From the IMG/VR virus record IMGVR_UViG_3300037522_000113, positions 1 to 40,225 of that record: a stretch of 40,225 nt of DNA. The stretch is one strand, 5' to 3'. A program made the translations under genes and the position numbers. Positions 9,407 through 17,281 of the stretch are shown one piece after another. The notes below the pieces were generated by a model, which saw only the letters and a program-made list of their open reading frames with translations, made no database searches and had not been told where the DNA came from. Origin of the DNA: a virus (lineage: Duplodnaviria > Caudoviricetes). Positions within the stretch are counted from its first letter, which is position 1, and every line of letters begins with the position of its first letter.

Positions 9407-10060
9407 CTACGCTACTACCTGCGGGGCTGTCACGCTAGCCACAAGTCGCCGCCAGTGGACGCTCGCCCAGCCGGTAGCCTCGTGCGGGCGCGGCTTTCCG
9501 TGGAAGCAGACGACGCGCGCACCGTCTGGCACCGCTGCCCGTGCGTGCGCTTTGTAGCTCACGATCTGGTCAGGGTAGCGCCGCTGCAATCGCCGCAGGT
9601 TCGGCGCCACCGTCCGGAGCCACGGGTCCATCCGCGGGTATCGCCTCATCGTGCCGCGCGGGTCACGCGCGAATGCCTCGTGTACGTGCGCCAGTTCGTC
9701 GCCGTCCCACGCCATCGCGCCGCTCGCGAGTAGCCGCATCTGGTAGAAATCGTCAATCCCTGCCGCTGGCCCGTCGTACGCTGCAAGGTCGTCAAGCGGG
9801 CCGACGATGAACGTGTCGAGTCCTACGGCGAGCACGCGGCCGGTGAACAGGCCCGGCGTCCACCAGTTGACGAGGGACCACTTACCGGTCCAGTCGGGGC
9901 GCGGCATTGGCACGTAGCCGGGCACGTCGGGGTTCGTCGAAATGCAGGCGAATCGCGCGCCGGGTAGATGCGTTTCGACGCCCGCGCAGAGTGCTTTGGC
10001 GTGGAGCGTGGTAAACGTTCCGCCCTTCTCGTGGAGCACACACGCGACGGTGAGGGCCAT
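9407..10060 (-). CDS. Putative glycosyltransferase (GT-A, GT8-like phage family)
   Basis: TVACVL, FACIS, VLAVGLDTFIVGPLDDL, SYKAH, VVCFHGKPRPHE; DxD position reads GLD. Confidence 0.72.
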   Translation of the reverse strand: MALTVACVLHEKGGTFTTLHAKALCAGVETHLPGARFACISTNPDVPGYVPMPRPDWTGKWSLVNWWTPGLFTGRVLAVGLDTFIVGPLDDLAAYDGPAAGIDDFYQMRLLASGAMAWDGDELAHVHEAFARDPRGTMRRYPRMDPWLRTVAPNLRRLQRRYPDQIVSYKAHARAAVPDGARVVCFHGKPRPHEATGWASVHWRRLVASVTAPQVVA

Positions 10061-10061
10061 T

Positions 10062-11291
10062 TCAATCCACGGTGAAGGAAATGAGGCGGTTGCGGCCCTT
10101 GATGAGCGGCGCTAGAGCGTAGCGCGCGGCGTCCCATGAGTGCTCGTTCCCGTCAACGAGCTTCGGTAATACGTCCTCGGCGTCGTTTGTCTTGTAGCGC
10201 CAGAGCTTCGCCTCGCGCGCGGTGCGCGTACACCGATCGTGGATGACGATCTGGTCGTAGCTCCGCAGGTGCGCGATGCCGTCCGCAACCGAGCCGTCCC
10301 ACTTCGGCGCAGCGACGACTTGCCAGCCGCGGCGTACCATCTCGTGGATCGTTTCGGGGCGCGCGGAGTCGGCGCGGATAACGTGGTCCTTGGCGCCGGG
10401 CACAGTGCGGAACGCGGCCTCGGTCTCGTCGAAGTCGAGCTCCACGCCGCCGGCCTCGTGCTCGACGTAGAGCCGGTTATCGGCGCGCCAGAGCTTGACG
10501 AGCGTGGTCGGATCATGGGCGAAGCCCCAGTCGGCGCCGAAGTAGGGACCGTCCCAATGGTCCTTCGGCGCGAACGTGTCCACGGCCCATTTGCCGTTGA
10601 GTACTTGCGCATCGGAGCGCGTCCACGGTTCGCCGCCCCAGACGTGGGCATACGCCTCGGGGTCGGTGCGCTTGAGGTGCGCGGCCTCGGCGGCTAGTAC
10701 GTCGGGCAGCCACGGGTTGTCCCGGTATCCGATCGCGCGGACTATCGCATCGGCGGGCGGCTTCTCGACCAGCCGGACGTAGGTCGGGTCATCGGGCAGG
10801 GCGGGGTTGAAGGTGACCCAGATTTCCGATTGTGCCAGTCGTGCCTTGCGGATAGTGGGCGTCAGCGTGCGCCACGATTGCTCCGAGACGGCCTCGGCTT
10901 CCTCGATCCAGCAGATGTCGATGCCTTCGGTGGATTTGATCTCGCGAATGTTGTGACGCAAGCCCTTGAACAGGAACTCGGTGCCGTTGTGCCCGTAGAT
11001 GCCGTCGCGCTGGACGGTGTAGCACCCGGAGAAGTTGAGGGCGACTATCTGATCGCTGAGCAGCCGGTGTACGGAGTCGCGAATCGAGGTTTGGTATTCG
11101 CGGGCGCATAGTACACGGAGGGGCCGGGCAACGCCATGGACAAGTAGCGCGCGGGCGAACGACCAGGACTTGGCGCTACCACGTCCGCCGTAGGCACAGC
11201 GCCAGCGGAGGGAGCCGAGGGGCGGGTCGAACAGGAACCCGAGGGCCTCGGGGATTTCAACGCGCTGCGGCTCGGCGAGCACCGCGCTCAC
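10062..11291 (-). CDS. terL: Terminase large subunit, PBSX family
   Basis: YGGRGSAKS Walker A, WIEEAE Walker B, TFNP, GADWGFAHDP, DSARPE, HSWDAARYA. Confidence 0.97.
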   Translation of the reverse strand: MSAVLAEPQRVEIPEALGFLFDPPLGSLRWRCAYGGRGSAKSWSFARALLVHGVARPLRVLCAREYQTSIRDSVHRLLSDQIVALNFSGCYTVQRDGIYGHNGTEFLFKGLRHNIREIKSTEGIDICWIEEAEAVSEQSWRTLTPTIRKARLAQSEIWVTFNPALPDDPTYVRLVEKPPADAIVRAIGYRDNPWLPDVLAAEAAHLKRTDPEAYAHVWGGEPWTRSDAQVLNGKWAVDTFAPKDHWDGPYFGADWGFAHDPTTLVKLWRADNRLYVEHEAGGVELDFDETEAAFRTVPGAKDHVIRADSARPETIHEMVRRGWQVVAAPKWDGSVADGIAHLRSYDQIVIHDRCTRTAREAKLWRYKTNDAEDVLPKLVDGNEHSWDAARYALAPLIKGRNRLISFTVD

Positions 11292-11851
11292 GGCTTGACG
11301 AGAATGACGTTGATGGCAGGTGGGACGAGCGGCGCGCCGTTTTTGCCCGCGTGTTCGAACCGCTCGACGAACAGCCCCAAGTGCTTCGCGAGCTTCTCTA
11401 GCGCGACGAGCTTGTCGTAGGTTTTGAGCTTCAACTTGGTGACCGTGCCAACGCGCCCGCGGTCCTCGCCCTTCCCTTCGTAGGGCGCCTCGGCCTCCGA
11501 CTGGATTTCCGATATCACGGCCATCTGCTCGCGGGTCAGGTCGGCCTTGGGGACGAATGTGGCGCGTTCCGCGTCCCAGTCGAACAGATCCGCGATGTTG
11601 GCAAAGGCGACCCGCGCGATCTCTTCGAGCACGCGGTCTTGTGTGATCTCGGTACGCTGCGCCCTGGCGTCGATCGCCACCTTGATCGCGGCGGCCACTC
11701 CAACATTGCCCAACAGCCGCGGGCCCTGCTGCTCTGCGGTCTTCGCGCTGTATCCAGCCCGGACCGACGCCTGAGTCGCGTTTAGGTCCACGAGGTACTC
11801 CCGCACAAAAGCGGCCTGTTTCGGGGTGAGCCGTCGCGCGGCTTTGCTCAT
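11288..11851 (-). CDS. terS: Terminase small subunit
   Basis: LTPKQAAFVREYLVDLNATQA..RAGYS.KTA; DKLVALEKLAKHLGLF; coupled to terL. Confidence 0.95.
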   Translation of the reverse strand: MSKAARRLTPKQAAFVREYLVDLNATQASVRAGYSAKTAEQQGPRLLGNVGVAAAIKVAIDARAQRTEITQDRVLEEIARVAFANIADLFDWDAERATFVPKADLTREQMAVISEIQSEAEAPYEGKGEDRGRVGTVTKLKLKTYDKLVALEKLAKHLGLFVERFEHAGKNGAPLVPPAINVILVKP

Positions 11852-11861
11852 AGTGCCCGAA

Positions 11862-11890
11862 AGGGTACGCCGCCGGGGGGCGGGGCGCAA
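11862..11890 (-). promoter_or_regulatory. Putative sigma70-type promoter for the packaging operon
   Basis: TTGCGC-N17-TACCCT on minus strand, 10 nt before the terS ATG. Confidence 0.5.
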
Positions 11891-11900
11891 TAGTTGGGGG

Positions 11901-12323
11901 TCAGTCGACGGGAAGCGAGCGCAACACGCGCTCGACGACCGGGCCTATCGGCTCCATTCCGCGGCACATATTCGGGGTGACGACACGATGCCACTCGGCG
12001 TGGTGGTGACGGCAGAGCAAGCCCAACGGCCAGCGGGTCGGGGCGGCAAACTGGCCGGCGAGGTGCTGAGGCGCCCAGTGGTGCCACTCCACGCCGCGGT
12101 TGATGCAGCCTTGTACTTCGCAACGTTGGTCTGGCTGGACGTTGTCGGACCAGGCGCGCATCAATGCGATCTCTGCCTCCGTGAACCTCGACCGCGGCAG
12201 GGACTGCATCGAGGTCCGGCGGCTACAGGCCTGGCAGACCTCGACGATGTGTGTGGCGTCGTTCGCCGCCTTGAGTAACATCGGCTCGATTCGTCGAGCC
12301 GGGCCACATTGGCACCCGTTCAT
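11901..12323 (-). CDS. HNH-like zinc-binding protein upstream of terS
   Basis: CQAC, CEVQGC...EWHHWAP...LCRHHHAEWH; ATGA-coupled start at 12323. Confidence 0.6.
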   Translation of the reverse strand: MNGCQCGPARRIEPMLLKAANDATHIVEVCQACSRRTSMQSLPRSRFTEAEIALMRAWSDNVQPDQRCEVQGCINRGVEWHHWAPQHLAGQFAAPTRWPLGLLCRHHHAEWHRVVTPNMCRGMEPIGPVVERVLRSLPVD

Positions 12324-13987
12324 GCAGGCACCGGGGTACCCCAGTCCGGGGCAGGTTGCGTGATGTTTTCGGTCATTCGGAGTGTTGTGGTGTCGAGGTT
12401 GACCTTCCACTCGGCGGCGGGACCGTGGCGGTTTTTGTCGAGCCGGGCCGTAACGGTGAGGTTGCCCGGGGCGGTGCGCTCGGGCTTGCCAAGGATCAGG
12501 ACTTGGTCGGCGTCGTTTTCAAGGGAGGACCCCCCTAAGAGCCCTTCTTTCCGGATTTCGCCGCCGGTTGTGGTGGCCCGGTTGAGCTGAGAGAGCCCTA
12601 CCGTGGTCATTTTGAGGCGGCGGGCGGCGGATCGGACGGCATGGCTTACCTCCGTGATCTGCTGGAGCATCGTCTCGGCAGAGCGGACCCAGGCGAGTTG
12701 GAGGTAGTCCACCACGGCGAGACGGGCGCCGGATTCGGCAGCCGCCTCAAGCAGGCGAATCACGTCGGCCATTGTACCCACAGGCTCGGCGTTGATGGAG
12801 CAGGCGGCTGGGGCGGTTATGAGCGTGGTGGCCGCATCGTCCCACGCTGAAACCGAGAAGCCGGAACCGTGCTCCAAGGTGCGGACGTTCGTGTCAGAGT
12901 ACAACGAGAGCAGGCGGGTAAGGGTTTCAGCCGCGGTCATTTCCAGCGTGATAATGGCGGACGGAACGCCACCCCGGATGGCCGCGGCGATCAAGTTGAG
13001 CGCGCATATGCTTTTCCCCGAACCCGTGCCAGCCCCGACGATGACGTGCCACCCCCGGGCAAGCCCTTCCCCACCTCCAGCGCCGCAGCATATCCGGTTC
13101 CACGACGGCCACGGCGTCGGGGCGGCCTGTACGGGCTCCAGTTTCGCGCGCCCGATTCTGGCCAGGTAATCCACGGTCACCGCAACGAGCGGGACAGGGG
13201 GTTCTTTGGCTGGGGGGCTTTCTACCGGGGCCGAAGGGGTGTAGCGGCTAACGCTGGCCGCCACCGCGCGAACTTCGTCGTCGGGGAGGGGGGGGGAGCA
13301 GCGTGCGCCGTTCTCCGCGAGAAGTGCGGCCTCGATAGCGGCTGGGGTCATTCCCCGGCTGCGCATCGTGCCAGCGAGACGCGCCAAAACGTCATTGCGC
13401 TGGCCCGCGGGGATTCCTGCCTCCGGGGTGGCGCCGTTGTGGGGCACCCGACCGTTGGGGGGTGCGGGCGACACCTTAAGCCGGTCGAGCAACCACTGCG
13501 GGGGTGGGGCGACTTCGACTTCTTCCGGCCCCCGAGCATTTACCCACCGGTACGAACCGCCGTCGGGGTGCGTTGACGGCGGGAGAACGATGTATCCCCC
13601 GGTCCCCCGAACATCAATCCCCGGGCCGATCTTCGATGCTGAATTGCGTACATCGGAGCCATCCGCGGGCATCGAAAAAAGCAGGTGGTAACCGCGCTTC
13701 GTTTTCGCCGTCACGGTCGGCGGGACACCGTCGGTCCCCGCGAGCCCTTTGATCGTCGTCACGGCATCCTCGGAATCCAGGTCAAGCACGAACGCCCCCG
13801 ACGGTGTCCCGGTTGCCAGCGCAAGACCGGTCGCCCTGCCGGGATTTTCGAACCAGCTTCGCAAGGTCGCCGCGTCAGTGGCCGCGTCGAGCACGCCGTG
13901 GGGGGTCGTCGGGAGTTTGCCGGCGACGGGGAATATCTGCCAGCCGCGGGCAGCGTAGGTTTGCGCAACCGCGAGCAGGTCTACCAC
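12320..13987 (-). CDS. Bifunctional primase/polymerase + PriCT-1 + DnaB-like (SF4) helicase
   Basis: GWQIFPV, VLDLD, GYHLLF, GIDVRGTGGYIVLPPS; GQRND...CSPPL; GAGTGSGKS, VVDYLQL, LSQLNR, LENDAD, KNRHG. Confidence 0.93.
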   Translation of the reverse strand: MVDLLAVAQTYAARGWQIFPVAGKLPTTPHGVLDAATDAATLRSWFENPGRATGLALATGTPSGAFVLDLDSEDAVTTIKGLAGTDGVPPTVTAKTKRGYHLLFSMPADGSDVRNSASKIGPGIDVRGTGGYIVLPPSTHPDGGSYRWVNARGPEEVEVAPPPQWLLDRLKVSPAPPNGRVPHNGATPEAGIPAGQRNDVLARLAGTMRSRGMTPAAIEAALLAENGARCSPPLPDDEVRAVAASVSRYTPSAPVESPPAKEPPVPLVAVTVDYLARIGRAKLEPVQAAPTPWPSWNRICCGAGGGEGLARGWHVIVGAGTGSGKSICALNLIAAAIRGGVPSAIITLEMTAAETLTRLLSLYSDTNVRTLEHGSGFSVSAWDDAATTLITAPAACSINAEPVGTMADVIRLLEAAAESGARLAVVDYLQLAWVRSAETMLQQITEVSHAVRSAARRLKMTTVGLSQLNRATTTGGEIRKEGLLGGSSLENDADQVLILGKPERTAPGNLTVTARLDKNRHGPAAEWKVNLDTTTLRMTENITQPAPDWGTPVPA

Positions 13988-14745
13988 CGGCCCGTCTCCG
14001 CGAACCGCTGGACTTCCTCAGGGTTGAGGTGAAGGGGGACGGGAGGCCCCACGCCTGGGGATTTGCGAACGAAGCCGCGCAAGGCCCGGGCGGTGGGTTC
14101 AGCTCCGGCCACGAGCATATCGCGGAGAGCGGTGGCCATAACATCGGGGGGGGTCGGCGGGCCGTGCATCCCGTCAAGCATCGCCATTATCTCGGCAGCC
14201 CACGCGGTAGGGTTCCGAGACGCGGTGGTCAGTTGGTGTAAAGCTTCGCGACAGTTGGTGGGGAGCCGCTCGGCGACGCTGCGTACTGCATCTGCAACTG
14301 CAACCGTAACCGTAACTGCAACCGTTGGGTTACTACCGGGCTGATCCGGGGCCAATACCCGGCTGCCCCCGGGCTGATCCAGGGCCAATACCGGGCTGGC
14401 CCCGGGTTCGCCCGGGGCTGGCACGTCGGAGGGGCGTTCGGCGTGGTGGAATGTTTGCCACCGGGCGAACTTTGGAATGATCCCGAGCCGTTCCCCGTTG
14501 GCCGTGTAACTCTCGACAAATCCGCCACTTGCGAGGGCATCGAGCACTGCGCCGAAGTCCACGGGATCGTACGGGAGAATTGCCAGTTTCAGCTCGCGCG
14601 GTCGCCATTTGAAGATGCCGCGCCGGTCGGCTTGGGTCCAGAGGCCGGAGAACGCCAGGCGAAGCGGCAGCCCGGTGCTAGCCTCAGTCTCGTACAGGGC
14701 TGAGTGCGTATAGAACTCAGGCGAGACCAGTCTTTTTCGGGGCAT
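13981..14745 (-). CDS. Phage replication initiator protein
   Basis: MPRKRLVSPEFY...RLAFSGLWTQADRRG...ILPYD...IPKFARWQ N-terminal domain; internal iteron array; upstream of helicase. Confidence 0.78.
   Translation of the reverse strand: MPRKRLVSPEFYTHSALYETEASTGLPLRLAFSGLWTQADRRGIFKWRPRELKLAILPYDPVDFGAVLDALASGGFVESYTANGERLGIIPKFARWQTFHHAERPSDVPAPGEPGASPVLALDQPGGSRVLAPDQPGSNPTVAVTVTVAVADAVRSVAERLPTNCREALHQLTTASRNPTAWAAEIMAMLDGMHGPPTPPDVMATALRDMLVAGAEPTARALRGFVRKSPGVGPPVPLHLNPEEVQRFAETGRW
14336..14423. repeat. Eight 11-bp iteron-like repeats (putative ori) inside the initiator gene
   Basis: ccgggctgatc/cggggccaata/cccggctgccc/ccgggctgatc/cagggccaata/ccgggctggcc/ccgggttcgcc/cggggctggca; adjacent 6-bp repeats at ~14286-14325. 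Confidence 0.7.
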
Positions 14746-14765
14746 CGGGTAACGGGGGATGCAAA

Positions 14766-14846
14766 GTGGCCCGCCCCAATCCGGGCAGTGTCCCCGCCGT
14801 CGCGCCGGGAACGGCGGAGACGGGGCACCGGACTGAGACGGGCCAC
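14766..14846 (-). promoter_or_regulatory. Long RNA hairpin in the 5' leader of the replication operon
   Basis: 19-bp outer and 11-bp inner stems pair fully on the minus-strand RNA using G-U pairs. Confidence 0.65.
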
Positions 14847-14889
14847 GATTGGTACTGGTAGCTCGCCGCACTGACGGCGCACGCCACCC

Positions 14890-14917
14890 ATAATATACCC
14901 CGTGCGCCGACGCGCAA
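14890..14917 (-). promoter_or_regulatory. Putative leftward promoter (replication operon)
   Basis: TTGCGC-N16-TATTAT. Confidence 0.5.
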
Positions 14918-14939
14918 GAGCCGATTTCGGCCCCGCAGG

Positions 14940-14969
14940 TTGCACGGGGCACCTCCGTAGCGCTACATT
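14940..14969 (+). promoter_or_regulatory. Putative rightward promoter with overlapping palindrome GTAGCGCTAC
   Basis: TTGCAC-N18-TACATT, 5 nt before ATG 14975; palindrome at 14957-14966. Confidence 0.55.
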
Positions 14970-14974
14970 ACGGG

Positions 14975-15190
14975 ATGCCGAAGCCGAAGAAGCCCGCCCG
15001 GAACCGCCACGCCGTGGCGCTGGGCCGCGCTGGAGCCCGGAAGCGATGGGCCGTGACTACCGACCCCGAGGCCCGCCGAGCTGCCACCAGGGCCGCCACC
15101 GAGGCCAGCCGCGCCGCCCGGAACCAGCGCCGCCTCGAAAGACAAGCCCCGCGGCCGGACCCCTCTGAAATTGGCACTTGCGGAACGTAG
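14975..15190 (+). CDS. Small basic protein, possible regulator (probably leaderless)
   Basis: 'RNRHAVALGRAGARKRW...PEARRAA' resembles small basic phage proteins; sits between two promoters. Confidence 0.6.
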   Translation: MPKPKKPARNRHAVALGRAGARKRWAVTTDPEARRAATRAATEASRAARNQRRLERQAPRPDPSEIGTCGT

Positions 15191-15206
15191 CGCTATGTGC
15201 TAAGTT
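15178..15206 (+). promoter_or_regulatory. Putative early promoter with TAGCGCTA palindrome in spacer
   Basis: TTGCGG-N17-TAAGTT with extended -10 TG; palindrome at 15188-15195. Confidence 0.6.
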
Positions 15207-15288
15207 CCATTCAAGTGATGCGAGGGCAGGCGCCAGACCTGCCCACCGACCACCCGGCGGGACCGGGGGAAAGAAGGGGGAGACGCGA

Positions 15289-15516
15289 ATGACCACCAAG
15301 AACCGCGGGCCGTATTGGGCTGGCTTCCCGTTGCATCACTTGCGTTTGATGGCGTTCGGGCGCACCGACGCCCGCGCCGGAGCACGAGCCGAGTACATCC
15401 GCCGAACCGGCAACGAACCGCAACCGTTCGCGTCGGCGCGGGTGCGGCAACTGAATGCCAACTTGCCGGACGAGATTCGCGCGGTACTTGGGCTCGCCAC
15501 CGAGGGCGGACGATGA
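15289..15516 (+). CDS. Hypothetical protein
   Basis: GGAG RBS before ATG; stop overlaps next start. Confidence 0.65.
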   Translation: MTTKNRGPYWAGFPLHHLRLMAFGRTDARAGARAEYIRRTGNEPQPFASARVRQLNANLPDEIRAVLGLATEGGR

Positions 15517-16259
15517 CGCGCCGCGAACGGCTCGAAGCCAAGATGGCCAAGCGCGAAGAATGGGCCGAGGGACGCGAGGCGAAAGCCACGGACCTCCGCA
15601 ATGCCACGCCCGGCAGCGTGCGCCACGACTGGGCATTCATCACCCAGCCCGGCCACATTCCCGAGCGCGCCCGGATGATTCGCCGCGACGACAAGGCGCG
15701 CGAACACGACGCAATAGCGCGCCACCACGCAACCAAAGCGGACGGGCTCGCGCAGCAGCTTGACCGCACGATATTCAGCGACGACCCCGACGCCGTAGAG
15801 GCGTTGGAAGCGAAGCTGGCCAAACTCCGGGCCGATCAGGGGCGCGACAAGGCGCAGAACGCCTACTACCGGAAGCACAAGACGATGAAGGGGTGCCCCG
15901 GCCTGAGCGACGAAGCCGCGGCCCGGGTTGATGCCGATATCCCGACGCGGTACAGTTGGGAGCAGAAGCCCGTCCGCCCGTACGAGATCACGAACCGCGG
16001 CGCCGAAATCCGCCGCGCCGAGAAGCGCATCGAGGAAGTGAAGCTGCGCCAGCAGCGCACGAGCGCCGCGGAGTCAAGCGATACCGGCTTCACCATCGAA
16101 GGGGCAGGCGATTACGTGCGCGTGACGTTCGCCGAGAAGCCCGCCCGCGACACGCTGAACGCCCTGCGCGAGGCGGGGTTCAGGTGGGGCGCCGGTAGCT
16201 GGACAGGCCGCCGTGACGCTTTGCCGGTTGAACTGGCCACCCCCGAGGTGTCCCGATGA
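15513..16259 (+). CDS. DUF3560-like protein
   Basis: MTRRERLE...QPGH...IFSDDPDAVEALEAKLA...TNRGAEIRR...VTFAEKP...LREAGFRW. Confidence 0.8.
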   Translation: MTRRERLEAKMAKREEWAEGREAKATDLRNATPGSVRHDWAFITQPGHIPERARMIRRDDKAREHDAIARHHATKADGLAQQLDRTIFSDDPDAVEALEAKLAKLRADQGRDKAQNAYYRKHKTMKGCPGLSDEAAARVDADIPTRYSWEQKPVRPYEITNRGAEIRRAEKRIEEVKLRQQRTSAAESSDTGFTIEGAGDYVRVTFAEKPARDTLNALREAGFRWGAGSWTGRRDALPVELATPEVSR

Positions 16260-16633
16260 CGACCGCGTTCGACTTCAACGCCTACCACAAGGCCCATTGG
16301 CCGGACGACGGACGCAGCCAGGCGCCGGCGCACGTCCGGGCCTTGCGCGACGAGCACTGGAGTGTGCCGCGCATCGAGTGTGCGGATGGCCTCACGTTGT
16401 CGGTGCAAGCGTCGGCGTTCCACTATTGCACGCCGCGCGAGACGGGGGCGCACCCCTACCAAAGCGTCGAGGTCGGATTCCCCAGCGAGCGCATCGAGGC
16501 ATTGATGCCGTACGCCGAGGACGCCGAGGCCCCAACGGAGACCGTGTACGGCTACGTCCCCGTCGAGGTGGTCAACCAGATAGTCACCGAACACGGTGGC
16601 GCCCGCGCCGCACTGGCGAAGGTGAACGAATGA
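16256..16633 (+). CDS. Conserved hypothetical phage protein
   Basis: IECADGLTLSVQAS..HYC.PR...YQSVEVGFPS...VYGYVP motif; coupled. Confidence 0.8.
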   Translation: MTTAFDFNAYHKAHWPDDGRSQAPAHVRALRDEHWSVPRIECADGLTLSVQASAFHYCTPRETGAHPYQSVEVGFPSERIEALMPYAEDAEAPTETVYGYVPVEVVNQIVTEHGGARAALAKVNE

Positions 16634-16953
16634 GCCGCCGCTGCCCGTTGTGCGACACCGTTCTGAGGCTCGACCCGCCCAGTCCTGCCCATCGCACGCG
16701 CGATCCGTTCGGCGAGTACCCGCACATCTGTACGGATTGTGCGCTCAGGCGAGAGGGGATTCTCAACCGCCAAGAAGCGAAGGATCGCGCGAAGGCGGAG
16801 CGCGCACGGAGCGACGAACTCGTCGAAGCGTTGCGGGCGTGTGTTGGCGCGCTGGAGCACGAGGCAACGGCGGGGGGGAAACGGGACGCATTCACGGACG
16901 AAATCACCACCGCCCGCGCCGTGCTGGCGAAGGTGGAGGGGGACGGCAAATGA
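16630..16953 (+). CDS. Hypothetical protein with two CxxC pairs
   Basis: CPLC...CTDC; ATGA coupling on both sides. Confidence 0.65.
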   Translation: MSRRCPLCDTVLRLDPPSPAHRTRDPFGEYPHICTDCALRREGILNRQEAKDRAKAERARSDELVEALRACVGALEHEATAGGKRDAFTDEITTARAVLAKVEGDGK

Positions 16954-17153
16954 CCCCCCGCCGCTTTGACGCCGAGGCCACCGCGCGGGCACGCCGCATC
17001 CTGGCCGACCCGTCCGCGCACGTTTTCAAAGAGCCGTCCGGTTCGTTCACGTTGGAGCGCACCGGGCACGAGCCGCTGACTATCGGCATCCATTTTCGAG
17101 ACGCCAACCGCGCCTTACACCTGCTCGCCACCCCTGCCACGGACAGCCGATGA
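16950..17153 (+). CDS. Hypothetical protein
   Basis: GGAGG RBS; coupled on both sides. Confidence 0.6.
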   Translation: MTPRRFDAEATARARRILADPSAHVFKEPSGSFTLERTGHEPLTIGIHFRDANRALHLLATPATDSR

Positions 17154-17281
17154 TTACCGCCCTGCTCAGCTTCGCCGCCGGCGCCATCGTGGGCGTCATG
17201 GTGGCCACCCTCCTCTGGGCTTCCGTCGAGGACATTGAAGTCCGCGCCGCCAGAGCCCACCACACCGGAGCCGACAAGTGA
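17150..17281 (+). CDS. Small membrane protein (43 aa, not in ORF track)
   Basis: MITALLSFAAGAIVGVMVATLLWAS...; overlaps both neighbours by 4 bp. Confidence 0.6.
   Translation: MITALLSFAAGAIVGVMVATLLWASVEDIEVRAARAHHTGADK

Noticed and set aside
13981-14952. 323-aa long form of the initiator
   Set aside because: The extension crosses the hairpin and promoter region; family-like sequence begins at ATG 14745.
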